Of a DNA stretch of 64,000 nucleotides, positions 27,970 through 36,830 are shown one piece after another (within the stretch, counting starts at the first letter, position 1; each line of letters starts with the position of its first letter). The DNA is from a virus: IMG/VR virus record IMGVR_UViG_3300043570_000570, positions 52,183-116,182 of that record. The stretch is one strand, 5' to 3'. Made by a program: the position numbers and the translations under genes. The notes below the pieces were generated by a model, which made no database searches, was not told the DNA's origin, and saw only the letters and a program-made list of their open reading frames with translations.

Positions 27970-28114
27970 TACTTTAATGCATCATAACCTACTTCACAAG
28001 GGTAGGCAGTTGTAATAACAGTATAGAGTCTGGAGAACCAAGCGTAAGCTGGACATAGGTAGTTCTCATGAAGCTGCGGAAGCTACTATTACAACTGAAT
28101 GCAGAGTGAAGTAA
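27969..28114 (+). ncRNA. Twister ribozyme (type P1, long P5 insertion)
   Basis: P1 TTACTT/AAGTAA, TAA cleavage loop 27975-27977, P2 TGCA/TGCA, P4 CCTAC/GTAGG with TCACAAG loop, 3' GAGTG (CAC/GTG pseudoknot), 11-bp P5 28007-28017/28087-28097. Confidence 0.85.
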
Positions 28115-28211
28115 ACTACAAGGTATGGTATATCCTACTAACACGTCTAGAGGACCTTGTAGTTCTTTTATACCTAAGGGTATTATACCAACTAGTATAA
28201 ACTAAACAGAT

Positions 28212-28424
28212 ATGAAGAAATTTATAATATTCTCTACGTTAAGTCAAGCAAAGAATTACATTAAGCGTAATCTTCCCACCTATAACCATGATGATGGATG
28301 TGGGTGTTGCTATAGTTATTCTTATCCTTTAATACAGGGTAAGCGTATTGTCTATGTTAATAGTTATTCTAACATGGGTAATCCAACTACTGAAGTAACT
28401 GTCATTGGCAGATACAAAAGATAA
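28212..28424 (+). CDS. Early hypothetical protein (GCGCC motif)
   Basis: 70 aa, A-rich leader. Confidence 0.6.
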   Translation: MKKFIIFSTLSQAKNYIKRNLPTYNHDDGCGCCYSYSYPLIQGKRIVYVNSYSNMGNPTTEVTVIGRYKR

Positions 28425-28581
28425 ACACTCTACTGGCTATAGAGTGTATAAAATGTCGTGATTGGCCACACGTCAAGGCAAATGAAGATGTCTTTGAAAC
28501 ACAAAGATGTTTCTAAAGGGGATTAGTGAACTAATGATCTAATCCCTCATCTTTTTTAACTAATTAACTAATTAAAAAAAT

Positions 28582-28809
28582 ATGAAACTACTTATACATT
28601 TTGGGAAGTCACTGTTGATGATAGTGATCCCTATTGCTTTTGCTGTTGTGTCTTCTATTATTATAAGCGCAATGTTCGCCTGTGTTTCTGTTCTTATGGG
28701 ACATAACACTTTCTTTAACTCTTTTCAAGCATTAATAGCCAATGTCACCTTTGTGATGTCTATTATTACCTTGATTATGTGGCTTATCTATCAATCTAAT
28801 GAACTTTAA
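28582..28809 (+). CDS. Small two-TM membrane protein
   Basis: Hydrophobic 75 aa. Confidence 0.6.
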   Translation: MKLLIHFGKSLLMIVIPIAFAVVSSIIISAMFACVSVLMGHNTFFNSFQALIANVTFVMSIITLIMWLIYQSNEL

Positions 28810-28822
28810 ACCAAACAAAAAT

Positions 28823-29026
28823 ATGAAAATTAAACCGTCCACATTCTTACTTGTCATCGCTGTATGTGCAGGTATGGTATTTATCATGGCTCTTCCTGAT
28901 GTTATTAGTAGCATGGGAACACAAGCCTTTACTTATGTGTTTACTACAGAAGTTTTAACTTTATGTTTACTTACAGTAGTAGGACACTTTTATCTTAAGT
29001 CTCTTAAAGAAGAAGGTAATGATTAA
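28823..29026 (+). CDS. Small two-TM membrane protein
   Basis: Likely start MKIKPST after an A-rich leader. Confidence 0.55.
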   Translation: MKIKPSTFLLVIAVCAGMVFIMALPDVISSMGTQAFTYVFTTEVLTLCLLTVVGHFYLKSLKEEGND

Positions 29027-29169
29027 TCAACAAGTACTAAGCGTTATGAAGCCTAGAATCCCTTCAGGTAAAATCCTTGCAAGAGGATATGACAAAGAAG
29101 GTAGATTAATTATGGTAAGACTTAATAGTGCTGGCTTTAAAGGCTGGCACTTTCTCTAAAACTAAAACT

Positions 29170-29367
29170 ATGAACTACGATTCAATTCAAGATGAGCTTA
29201 CAGAACTCTATCAAGAGTTAAATGCTGCAGAAAATGACTTACATATTTCTTGTAAGTCATCTCTTTTATTAGATTCAGGAGAAGAAAACTGGGTACGAGA
29301 TCAACAACGTTTAATTGCTGCTCTGCGTGCTAAAATTCAATCTTTAACTATTTTAATATCAAAGTAA
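29170..29367 (+). CDS. Hypothetical coiled-coil protein
   Basis: Likely start MNYDSIQ. Confidence 0.55.
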   Translation: MNYDSIQDELTELYQELNAAENDLHISCKSSLLLDSGEENWVRDQQRLIAALRAKIQSLTILISK

Positions 29368-29458
29368 TGGAAAAACAATTATTTATCATTGACGGCTACA
29401 GAATCTGGGCTTTGACCTATGAAGATGCTTATGCTAACTACTTAGTAATTTCAAGACT

Positions 29459-29635
29459 ATGAAACCAGAAAATCCTTTTAGCGAAAGTACGGCCTTCAAA
29501 GCCCTTGTATGGTTCTCTTTAATAACTGTAATTTGCATTTGTTTAGAGAGTTGTGCAACTTCTAAAAATGTACCACATGGTTGTGGTAAAAAATCTAAGC
29601 GTTACTATCACGGAGAATTCCTAGAATATAGATAA
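29459..29635 (+). CDS. Small putative lipoprotein (58 aa)
   Basis: Hydrophobic stretch then LES|C; ATGA-coupled to a 31-aa ORF at 29367..29462. Confidence 0.5.
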   Translation: MKPENPFSESTAFKALVWFSLITVICICLESCATSKNVPHGCGKKSKRYYHGEFLEYR

Positions 29636-29642
29636 CCTTAAT

Positions 29643-29714
29643 GTCCCTTTCGTCTATTGGTAGGACAGCAGGATTTCATCCTGTTAAAGGTGTGTTCGAT
29701 TCACCCAGGGGATA
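29643..29714 (+). tRNA. tRNA-Glu (TTC), slightly degenerate, no encoded CCA
   Basis: Acceptor GTCCCTT/AGGGGAT, D arm, anticodon stem GCAGG/CCTGT with loop ATTTCAT, GTTCGATTC T-loop with one stem mismatch. Confidence 0.8.
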
Positions 29715-29729
29715 CTAAACTAACTAACT

Positions 29730-30044
29730 ATGAAAAAACTGTTCTTAATCTTAATCGTATGTGGCTTCAGTAATCTGAAAGCCCAACTATTCCCTATTAA
29801 AAGTCTAGAAGGTATGATGCCTCTTACTTTATCCGATACAATGTTTGTAGAGGATCTAATAGGCGAAGGAAAACATCCTTCACCTAAAGTTTTAAATTGC
29901 TTTGTCTTTAAATTCTCTGAATGGAACTACGTTATAACATATAAGCTAACAGATCGTGATCAGCTATATATTATTAAGGATGGTTACATAGGAGATATTT
30001 ACATATTCAAGGATAACAAAGTAGAAATACTTAGAGAAGATTAA
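29730..30044 (+). CDS. Exported hypothetical protein
   Basis: Signal peptide LKA|Q. Confidence 0.6.
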   Translation: MKKLFLILIVCGFSNLKAQLFPIKSLEGMMPLTLSDTMFVEDLIGEGKHPSPKVLNCFVFKFSEWNYVITYKLTDRDQLYIIKDGYIGDIYIFKDNKVEILRED

Positions 30045-30098
30045 ATTAGATTAAACATTAAACAAACAAACTAAAAACAAAAAACTAAAAACAAAATT

Positions 30099-30722
30099 AT
30101 GACTTACGAAGATTTCAAATCAACAAACCTTGCTTTTGCTAGTAAAGCCTTCCGCAACTCTGGTATCAAAGCACCAATTACTGTTATGTTCGAGTGTTAT
30201 ACTCCTGCTAACCTATCTGTTCACCAACGTATGATTAGCCGTGGTCTTGGTGGTAATTTAACCAACCGTATGACTGCTCTATTAAACTTCACAGAAGAAA
30301 ACTTCAACAGCGACTTTGGTCAGTTTGGAATTAACGCTGATGATGTAACTGGTGATTATTCAACAGCTATTCCTGTTAACGTAAACACTTCTCAGTTGTA
30401 TGGTGAAGACTTAATCCTTCGCAGGGTAGATACTACTGATTCTGCTATTGTAAGCAATCCTGATGGTTCTATTAAGCCTCAGTGGTCTATTAAGACTGTT
30501 AATGGTCAAGAATTGACTTTTGAAGGTGCTCTTATCTACACTACTGTAGAGTTTGCTGAGCCAGGTATGTCTAACGCTACTATTAAGCAAGATCAAAACT
30601 TGTCTCGTAGTATTACTAATATGTCTAGTGGTGCTTCTATTGGTGCTCTTAAGGAAAATAAGGCTCCTAAAGCAAAAGTAACAGAAGAAGTACTTGCTGA
30701 TAATACACAAGCAGCATTCTAA
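30099..30722 (+). CDS. Likely highly expressed hypothetical protein (possibly nucleic-acid binding)
   Basis: 207 aa, biased codons, long AAAAC leader, C-terminal F. Confidence 0.55.
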   Translation: MTYEDFKSTNLAFASKAFRNSGIKAPITVMFECYTPANLSVHQRMISRGLGGNLTNRMTALLNFTEENFNSDFGQFGINADDVTGDYSTAIPVNVNTSQLYGEDLILRRVDTTDSAIVSNPDGSIKPQWSIKTVNGQELTFEGALIYTTVEFAEPGMSNATIKQDQNLSRSITNMSSGASIGALKENKAPKAKVTEEVLADNTQAAF

Positions 30723-30892
30723 TTAACAAGGCCATAAACTAATAATTATTTATTATTGGTCTTAAGTCAGGATAGATTAGCGTTTATCCTGACTACCAAG
30801 AACTAACAAACGTTAGTTATCTTAAACTATTGCTGAACTCACACTATAGTTTTTCATATTTTCTATATTAAAGCAATCATATCTGTTAGGGT

Positions 30893-30925
30893 AAAAAGGG
30901 GAAGAGTGTGAGCTTCCCTTTTTTT
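30893..30925 (+). terminator. Intrinsic terminator whose loop is complementary to an upstream 8-mer
   Basis: AAAAAGGGGAAG-agtgtgag-CTTCCCTTTTTTT. Confidence 0.75.
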
Positions 30926-30977
30926 ATTACTTTATTGCTTTAATTTATCTCGAACCTAATAATTAAACCTATACAGA

Positions 30978-31352
30978 ATGAGAAAAAGAATTATCAAAGC
31001 AGAAAAAGTGTACTCAGCTAGTCCTGAGTTTCCTATCAATGTACTTCCTATTCAAGGAAGGACTAAGCGATTTATCTCTAAAAAACTAGAGAGAGTTAGA
31101 GAAGTTGAAATCAGTAACATGTTTAAACATCTCACCATTGACTCTATCTTAGATGAGAAAAGGTATTTAAAGACCTTAACTCAGCTTCCTACTAAACAAA
31201 CTATCATTCCTGTAAGGGAAGAAGTAGTTGTACCTCAAGACTACGAAGTAATACCAGACATTGTTCTAGGTAATATTAGAGTAGGTAAAAACTATCTTAA
31301 GACTTTTATTGAGCGACTTGAAGTTGTATCAGTAATTGATTGGCAAGACTAA
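30978..31352 (+). CDS. Hypothetical protein
   Basis: 124 aa. Confidence 0.55.
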   Translation: MRKRIIKAEKVYSASPEFPINVLPIQGRTKRFISKKLERVREVEISNMFKHLTIDSILDEKRYLKTLTQLPTKQTIIPVREEVVVPQDYEVIPDIVLGNIRVGKNYLKTFIERLEVVSVIDWQD

Positions 31353-31372
31353 AACAAACTAACAGATAAATT

Positions 31373-31903
31373 ATGTCATTTAACTTTCAAGACTATTCAG
31401 TCAAAGAAGATGTCAGAGAGATTATCAGTCAGAAGTACACAGGTGGGGATATATTATCCCTGCCTGCTGACAACTTTCTCTTTGAGTCTAAGTTTCCTAA
31501 TGCTAAAATCACTTGTTGTGAACTAGACACAGAAACTTACAAACGTGGTAGAAAATTTAAACCACAGAATGTAGAGTATTTAAACAGAGACGTCTTCACC
31601 CTTAAGGGCAGATATGACTTTGTATGGCTAGACTTATGTATTAATCTAAGTCCAATGCTTGTAAATACCTTCATTTCTTACTTTCAAGATTCAACAGCTA
31701 AGACTATTTGTCTAACCATTCAAGGTAAAAGAGAATTATTTGGAAACAAATTAAAATTCTATGGAGCTAAAGATCTTGATGACTTTCGTTACAATGTATT
31801 TCCTAAACTATTAGAAGACTTTAGTGGATACAAAGTAACTGAAATCTACCGCTATCTAAGCCCTAACAAGAGCCCAATGATAGTGTATTCATTTGAAAAA
31901 TAA
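31373..31903 (+). CDS. Class I SAM-methyltransferase-like fold protein
   Basis: ITCCELD, DVF, YDFVWLD motifs; glycine-rich motif I degenerate. Confidence 0.5.
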   Translation: MSFNFQDYSVKEDVREIISQKYTGGDILSLPADNFLFESKFPNAKITCCELDTETYKRGRKFKPQNVEYLNRDVFTLKGRYDFVWLDLCINLSPMLVNTFISYFQDSTAKTICLTIQGKRELFGNKLKFYGAKDLDDFRYNVFPKLLEDFSGYKVTEIYRYLSPNKSPMIVYSFEK

Positions 31904-31950
31904 CAAAAAAACAAAAACAAAAACAAAAACCTAAAAAAAAACAAAAAATT

Positions 31951-32397
31951 ATGGAAAATCAAACACAAACAATCAATTACAAGCCATTTCACAAGTTAAA
32001 CTTTAGTGAGCAGGCAATTAGTGAGTTACTTACAGAGTTTAAAGCTGGTAAAAAATCTTCTGAGGTAAAAGCTAAGTATCCTCAGTATTTTGAATCAAGA
32101 AATGCAGGTATTATTTATGTTGTAAGAACTGAAATGATTAAACAAGGTTTAATTTCAATGAGTGAACCTGCAGCAAGAATGGTTGCAACTAAAAGGCGTT
32201 TGCAGAAACAAAAAGCACGTAAAGCATATAAAATGGCTTTAGGAGCTATCCAAACACCTACAGTAGCTCCTAAAGTATCTACAATCAAAGAAAGCGTAGC
32301 TAATTCTATGATTAAGATAGATTTCCACGGAACTATCATCCATATCGAGAGAACTAGTAGTATTATTATTACTAAAGATCAAATTGTAGTTCGTTAA
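31951..32397 (+). CDS. Hypothetical basic protein
   Basis: 148 aa. Confidence 0.55.
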   Translation: MENQTQTINYKPFHKLNFSEQAISELLTEFKAGKKSSEVKAKYPQYFESRNAGIIYVVRTEMIKQGLISMSEPAARMVATKRRLQKQKARKAYKMALGAIQTPTVAPKVSTIKESVANSMIKIDFHGTIIHIERTSSIIITKDQIVVR

Positions 32398-32489
32398 TTA
32401 ATCAATCTAGGGTAGGAGAGATCTTACCCTAGGTTCCAATTGGCATAGTTGTTGCCTTAATTTATGTTTAACCTCTAATATTAAAAATC

Positions 32490-32987
32490 ATGTATTACAA
32501 ACAAAATCAAGACCTTAGCTTTTCAAAAGTGCCAAATTTCAGAAACCTATTCTACGGTTCTTTAATTATTAATGTTATCTTTGCTGTACTTCTGTTTATG
32601 GCATTCACAACTCCAGATAAACCTATCTACAAGACTAAAATTGTAAAAGAAATCGTAACAGAAAAAGATGTAGTTCTTAATGATTCAGGTATTACAGCTG
32701 AGTTGACAAAGAGTGGAGTAATCTTAGCTGCTGTTGCATGTTTACAGTCTAAAATAGAAAGCAATCATGGTAAGTCTAACGTAGGTATCCAAGCAAAGAA
32801 CTTGTTTGGTATTACCTATCACAGATGTAAACATGTAGCTGGTAAGCATGGAGTTTATGCTCGTTATGATAGCTATCGAGACAATATCAAATGCTATGCT
32901 CACATTCAAGCTAGATATCTTAAAAATATTGATGGAAAATATGCTTCCGACCCTGGATATGTAGAAAAACTTAAATCATTTAAGTAA
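32490..32987 (+). CDS. Membrane-anchored GH73 glucosaminidase/FlgJ-like muramidase
   Basis: Q..IES..G.S, NLFGI, YASDPGY motifs; N-terminal TM. Confidence 0.82.
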   Translation: MYYKQNQDLSFSKVPNFRNLFYGSLIINVIFAVLLFMAFTTPDKPIYKTKIVKEIVTEKDVVLNDSGITAELTKSGVILAAVACLQSKIESNHGKSNVGIQAKNLFGITYHRCKHVAGKHGVYARYDSYRDNIKCYAHIQARYLKNIDGKYASDPGYVEKLKSFK

Positions 32988-32991
32988 TTAC

Positions 32992-33021
32992 TTGACAAAT
33001 GGGGAGTAATGCGTATATTTG
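32992..33021 (+). promoter_or_regulatory. Promoter TTGAC-N17-TATATTTG of the LAGLIDADG gene
   Basis: Same spacing; ATG a few nt downstream. Confidence 0.65.
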
Positions 33022-33026
33022 TACAT

Positions 33027-33815
33027 ATGAAAAGACTTACCCCTGAACAAAAAGCAGAAATGATTGAACTTTACACTTCTGGTCAAATAAAAGTACCTAA
33101 AAAATTAGATGAAAAATACAATATCTTTCCAGGATCATGCTACAATCTCCTAAAAAGAAGAGGTCTTATTAAATATAGTATAGCAGATCAACTGAGATGT
33201 TTTAATGAAAATTATTTTGATAAAATTGAATCAGAAAAACAAGCTTATTTTTTAGGATTAATTGCTGCTGATGGCACTGTATCTAGTAGTAAAAATACTA
33301 TATCTATTACTTTAAAAGTAGAGGATGGATTATATTTGTTAGAAGAACTCAAAAAAGAAATTAGTTCAACAGGTAAAATAAGTATTTATAACGACAAAAG
33401 AGATAATTATGTAAGAAAACCTATGTGTATGATGCAATTTACCAGTATGCATACCAAAACAGTTTTTTGTGAACTAGGAATATCTCCGAATAAAACATCT
33501 AATCTATGCTATCCTAAAATAAACAAAGAATTAGATAGACACTTTATAAGAGGATTTATAGATGGAGATGGATCTTTTCACTATAAAAGAGGAATACTTG
33601 TTTTTGCTTTAGTAGGCACAGAAGAAATCTTAAGAAGTATTCAGGATATATTCTACACAGAAATAAACGTAGAATATACAAAACTTATACAACATATTAC
33701 TGGAGTATACTATTTAAGATTAGGACACAAAAACACATTAAAGTTAAGAGAGTGGTTATATAAAGACTGTTCTGTAGCAATGAAACGAAAACAAAATTAT
33801 AACGACAGATTATGA
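33027..33815 (+). CDS. LAGLIDADG homing endonuclease (free-standing)
   Basis: AYFLGLIAADG and FIRGFIDGDG double motif. Confidence 0.88.
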   Translation: MKRLTPEQKAEMIELYTSGQIKVPKKLDEKYNIFPGSCYNLLKRRGLIKYSIADQLRCFNENYFDKIESEKQAYFLGLIAADGTVSSSKNTISITLKVEDGLYLLEELKKEISSTGKISIYNDKRDNYVRKPMCMMQFTSMHTKTVFCELGISPNKTSNLCYPKINKELDRHFIRGFIDGDGSFHYKRGILVFALVGTEEILRSIQDIFYTEINVEYTKLIQHITGVYYLRLGHKNTLKLREWLYKDCSVAMKRKQNYNDRL

Positions 33816-34882
33816 TAACAAGAGACCTAGTACAACATCAGGCTTTAAAAGAAGCCATGCAATTTAAAAGAAGTGGATTACAACTGGCAACAGGTGCAGG
33901 TAAGACAAAAGTAGGATTAGACTACATAACTGTCTTACCTGATACTTATAAAGTGCTAGTAGTAGCTCCTAAAGTAGATATCTTTAAGTCTTGGATTGAT
34001 GACGCTAAAAAGTTTGAAGTAGAAGAACTCCTAGATAGGATTACATTCTCTACTTATCTTTCTATAACTAAGCACAATCCTGAGGAGTATGATATTGTTA
34101 TCTTAGATGAAGCACACTCTCTTAAAGCGACTGCTTTACCTTTTCTTAATAGTTACAGAGGAAGGATTCTAGGCTTAACAGGAACTCCTCCTAAGTACCT
34201 GACTTCAGAGAAAGGTCAACTTATGATGGAATACTACCCTATTAAGTATGTATTTAAGACAGACAAAGCTGTAGAGAATGAGATTCTTAATGACTATCAC
34301 ATATTCGTTCATTACTTAGATTTAAATAGAAATAAAACTATGCAAACTAAGCAAGGATGGATGACCAGTGAAAGAGCACAGTATGATTGGATTACTAGAG
34401 AGATTGATGGAGCTATTGGAAACAGTCTAATGTTTAAGACTATCCAAAGAATCAACTTCTTAAAACAGTTTGACACTAAGGAACATTATGCAAAGAATCT
34501 TCTAGAAGAACTAGACCAAAAAGAAAAAGTTATAATCTTTGCAAACACCATAGATCAAGCTGAAAGACTGTGTAAGCACTCTCACCACTCTAAGAACAAA
34601 AATAGTCCCTTAGAAGGCTTTAAAACAGGTGAAATCACTAGATTATCTTGTGTAGAGCAACTAAGCGAGGGTGTTAACATCCCTAATCTTAAAAATGCTA
34701 TCATTCTTCACTCTTATTCAGGAGGTTCTCCTAAAGCTCAACAGAAGTTTGGGCGTATGTTACGCTTACCTACAGATCAGACAGCTACAGTTCATATACT
34801 TTGTTATCGTAACACAGTAGATGAGAAGTGGGTATCAGATAACTTAAAGAATTACGACCAGAACAAAATAACTTACATTTAA
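33812..34882 (+). CDS. Superfamily 2 DExH helicase
   Basis: ATGAGKT, DEAH, LTGT, EGVNIP, Q.FGR.LR. Confidence 0.9.
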   Translation: MITRDLVQHQALKEAMQFKRSGLQLATGAGKTKVGLDYITVLPDTYKVLVVAPKVDIFKSWIDDAKKFEVEELLDRITFSTYLSITKHNPEEYDIVILDEAHSLKATALPFLNSYRGRILGLTGTPPKYLTSEKGQLMMEYYPIKYVFKTDKAVENEILNDYHIFVHYLDLNRNKTMQTKQGWMTSERAQYDWITREIDGAIGNSLMFKTIQRINFLKQFDTKEHYAKNLLEELDQKEKVIIFANTIDQAERLCKHSHHSKNKNSPLEGFKTGEITRLSCVEQLSEGVNIPNLKNAIILHSYSGGSPKAQQKFGRMLRLPTDQTATVHILCYRNTVDEKWVSDNLKNYDQNKITYI

Positions 34883-34899
34883 CCTAAAACTAACTAAAT

Positions 34900-35118
34900 A
34901 TGAAATCCTCAGAACAACTATTACATGAATTAGACCTGCTAATTGAAGCAGACTTCCAGAAAGCAAAAGCTGAATTGGAGCAATTAAAGAACAGTCCTAG
35001 TGTGTTTACTATCTTTACATTAGAAGAAAATAATGTAGATGAAACTTTTGACCAAATTAATAGTATATTTGCTATTGATGAAGACTCTCACGACAATGCA
35101 AAAGATACATTCGCTTAA
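34900..35118 (+). CDS. Hypothetical protein
   Basis: 72 aa acidic. Confidence 0.5.
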   Translation: MKSSEQLLHELDLLIEADFQKAKAELEQLKNSPSVFTIFTLEENNVDETFDQINSIFAIDEDSHDNAKDTFA

Positions 35119-35263
35119 GAGCAAGATGACTCCTGCATTCATTGACCACTGTAACGAGAAAGGAATTGACCTTGTTAAGTGGTACAGGTGGCAGCTTCAC
35201 TTAATCTGGGAACAAAGAAAAATAAATAGAAAATACACTAATCTACACTAACTTAAACTAATC

Positions 35264-35494
35264 ATGTACAGAGTTAATTACCAATTCGACAAACACAACG
35301 TATCTATCTTAATGTTAGCTATCAAAGACGGAGATTCATGGAAGCAATTAAATGATCCCGAACTAGAAGATAAGATTAACGCTAGGATTAAAAATGTATC
35401 TCAAACCTATGACACTGATAAAGGTGGCTTTGGAGAAATGCATTTAACAGATAAGTTGACTTTCATCACAGGTACTATAGATCTAAACAAATAA
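35264..35494 (+). CDS. Hypothetical protein
   Basis: 76 aa. Confidence 0.55.
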   Translation: MYRVNYQFDKHNVSILMLAIKDGDSWKQLNDPELEDKINARIKNVSQTYDTDKGGFGEMHLTDKLTFITGTIDLNK

Positions 35495-35497
35495 AAC

Positions 35498-35725
35498 ATG
35501 GAAACTCTTATTATTGGATTATGTATCCTAGTTAGTGTGTCTGCAGTATCTATGGCTGTTCTTTTTCTTTTTTTTAGGGGAAAAGTTAACAATATGCCTC
35601 AAGGAAATATTGTGTATGATCACATAGCAGAAGAATTGCCTAAGAAAGTAGTTAAGCGAAAAAAAGCCACTACTAACGCTAAACGTAAGTATAAAAAGAA
35701 TGATGAAAAAGGTTCTGTGGCTTGA
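35498..35725 (+). CDS. Single-TM protein with basic tail
   Basis: N-terminal TM, KRKYKK tail. Confidence 0.55.
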   Translation: METLIIGLCILVSVSAVSMAVLFLFFRGKVNNMPQGNIVYDHIAEELPKKVVKRKKATTNAKRKYKKNDEKGSVA

Positions 35726-36047
35726 TGATATTAGAAAGCCCTCTGATCCACTCTTTAAGATTTGGATTGCAGTAGCCTTCGGAGAGGACGTAGATGTTAT
35801 TTGGGTAAAGAGTTACAATGAGTATGTAAAATACTTAACCAATAACTCTATGCCTTACGGAATTTCATTCGATCATGACTTAGGAGCAGAACTCTCAGGC
35901 TTAGATTGTGCTAAGTGGCTAATAGAATACTGTATGAACAATGCAGTCAGGCTACCGAAATACTTTGTACACTCAGCCAATCCTGTAGGCAAAGAAAACA
36001 TACAGGGTTATTTAGATAACTATTTAAAATTTACAGAGCCCTCTTAA
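35700..36047 (+). CDS. Cyclic-phosphate-processing receiver-domain protein
   Basis: LWLDD.R, ISFDHDLG, G.DCAKWL, VHSANPVG..NI signature. Confidence 0.8.
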   Translation: MMKKVLWLDDIRKPSDPLFKIWIAVAFGEDVDVIWVKSYNEYVKYLTNNSMPYGISFDHDLGAELSGLDCAKWLIEYCMNNAVRLPKYFVHSANPVGKENIQGYLDNYLKFTEPS

Positions 36048-36062
36048 CTGAGGGCTTTTTTG
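36036..36062 (+). terminator. Intrinsic terminator overlapping a stop codon
   Basis: AGCCCTC-ttaact-GAGGGCT-TTTTT. Confidence 0.75.
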
Positions 36063-36147
36063 ACTTATGAGAAACTTAATTAAAAAACTTAACTTCTTGT
36101 GGACTATAGACACTCATGTGCATATGACCCAAGGTAAACTTTAACTT

Positions 36148-36771
36148 ATGAAAATTAATAAAGATAGTAAATTCTACAAACCGCTTACTTTACAAGAACG
36201 TTTACAGAATCTTAAGTATTTCTTTCTGTTCTGGAAAGGACGTAATAAAGGTATAGTTTGTACCCGCAGTATTAAATTAGATGACCTACGCTATATCTTC
36301 TTTCCTAAAGACTTTCATGAGAAGTATAGCTACTTAGGTTCAGTACCTTACAATGAAGACGGCTCATACTTTAAAGCATTGTTTCCGTTAGTATTAGCAA
36401 TGGATTATGAAGGAAGACATAAACTATGTCCTAAGTGGTTTTTACGTTTCTTAGAAGTGTTTGGTAATGACAGATCTATTGTTAGAGTTCGTAACTTTAC
36501 TTTGCATAACCTGCACAGGAAACTAACTAAAGGCATGCGTTTTATTGATTATAAAACTAAATGGGAGGACTATGACTTAAGGATTAGTATCTCAGCGCCT
36601 AAACACTTACAAGATCTAGCTGATGACATAGAACACGGTTATTACAGTAGGGGTAAACAAGAAGAGTTAGTAGCTGACATTAAGAAACTAGATCCTAATG
36701 CAAGTATTATCTGGGGTAGCGTTGATAGATTACATAAACAATTAGAAAAATTAGAAGAAAAACAACCGTAA
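36148..36771 (+). CDS. Hypothetical protein
   Basis: 207 aa. Confidence 0.6.
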   Translation: MKINKDSKFYKPLTLQERLQNLKYFFLFWKGRNKGIVCTRSIKLDDLRYIFFPKDFHEKYSYLGSVPYNEDGSYFKALFPLVLAMDYEGRHKLCPKWFLRFLEVFGNDRSIVRVRNFTLHNLHRKLTKGMRFIDYKTKWEDYDLRISISAPKHLQDLADDIEHGYYSRGKQEELVADIKKLDPNASIIWGSVDRLHKQLEKLEEKQP

Positions 36772-36830
36772 AAATGGCAAAACTAAAAAAAGAGATACAA
36801 ACAGTGACAAACAATAAACAAAAACCAATT

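Noticed and set aside
29643-29730. tRNA-associated theta (HDV-like) ribozyme after tRNA-Glu
   Set aside because: Only about 15 nt separate the tRNA from the next start codon, and no nested double pseudoknot is visible
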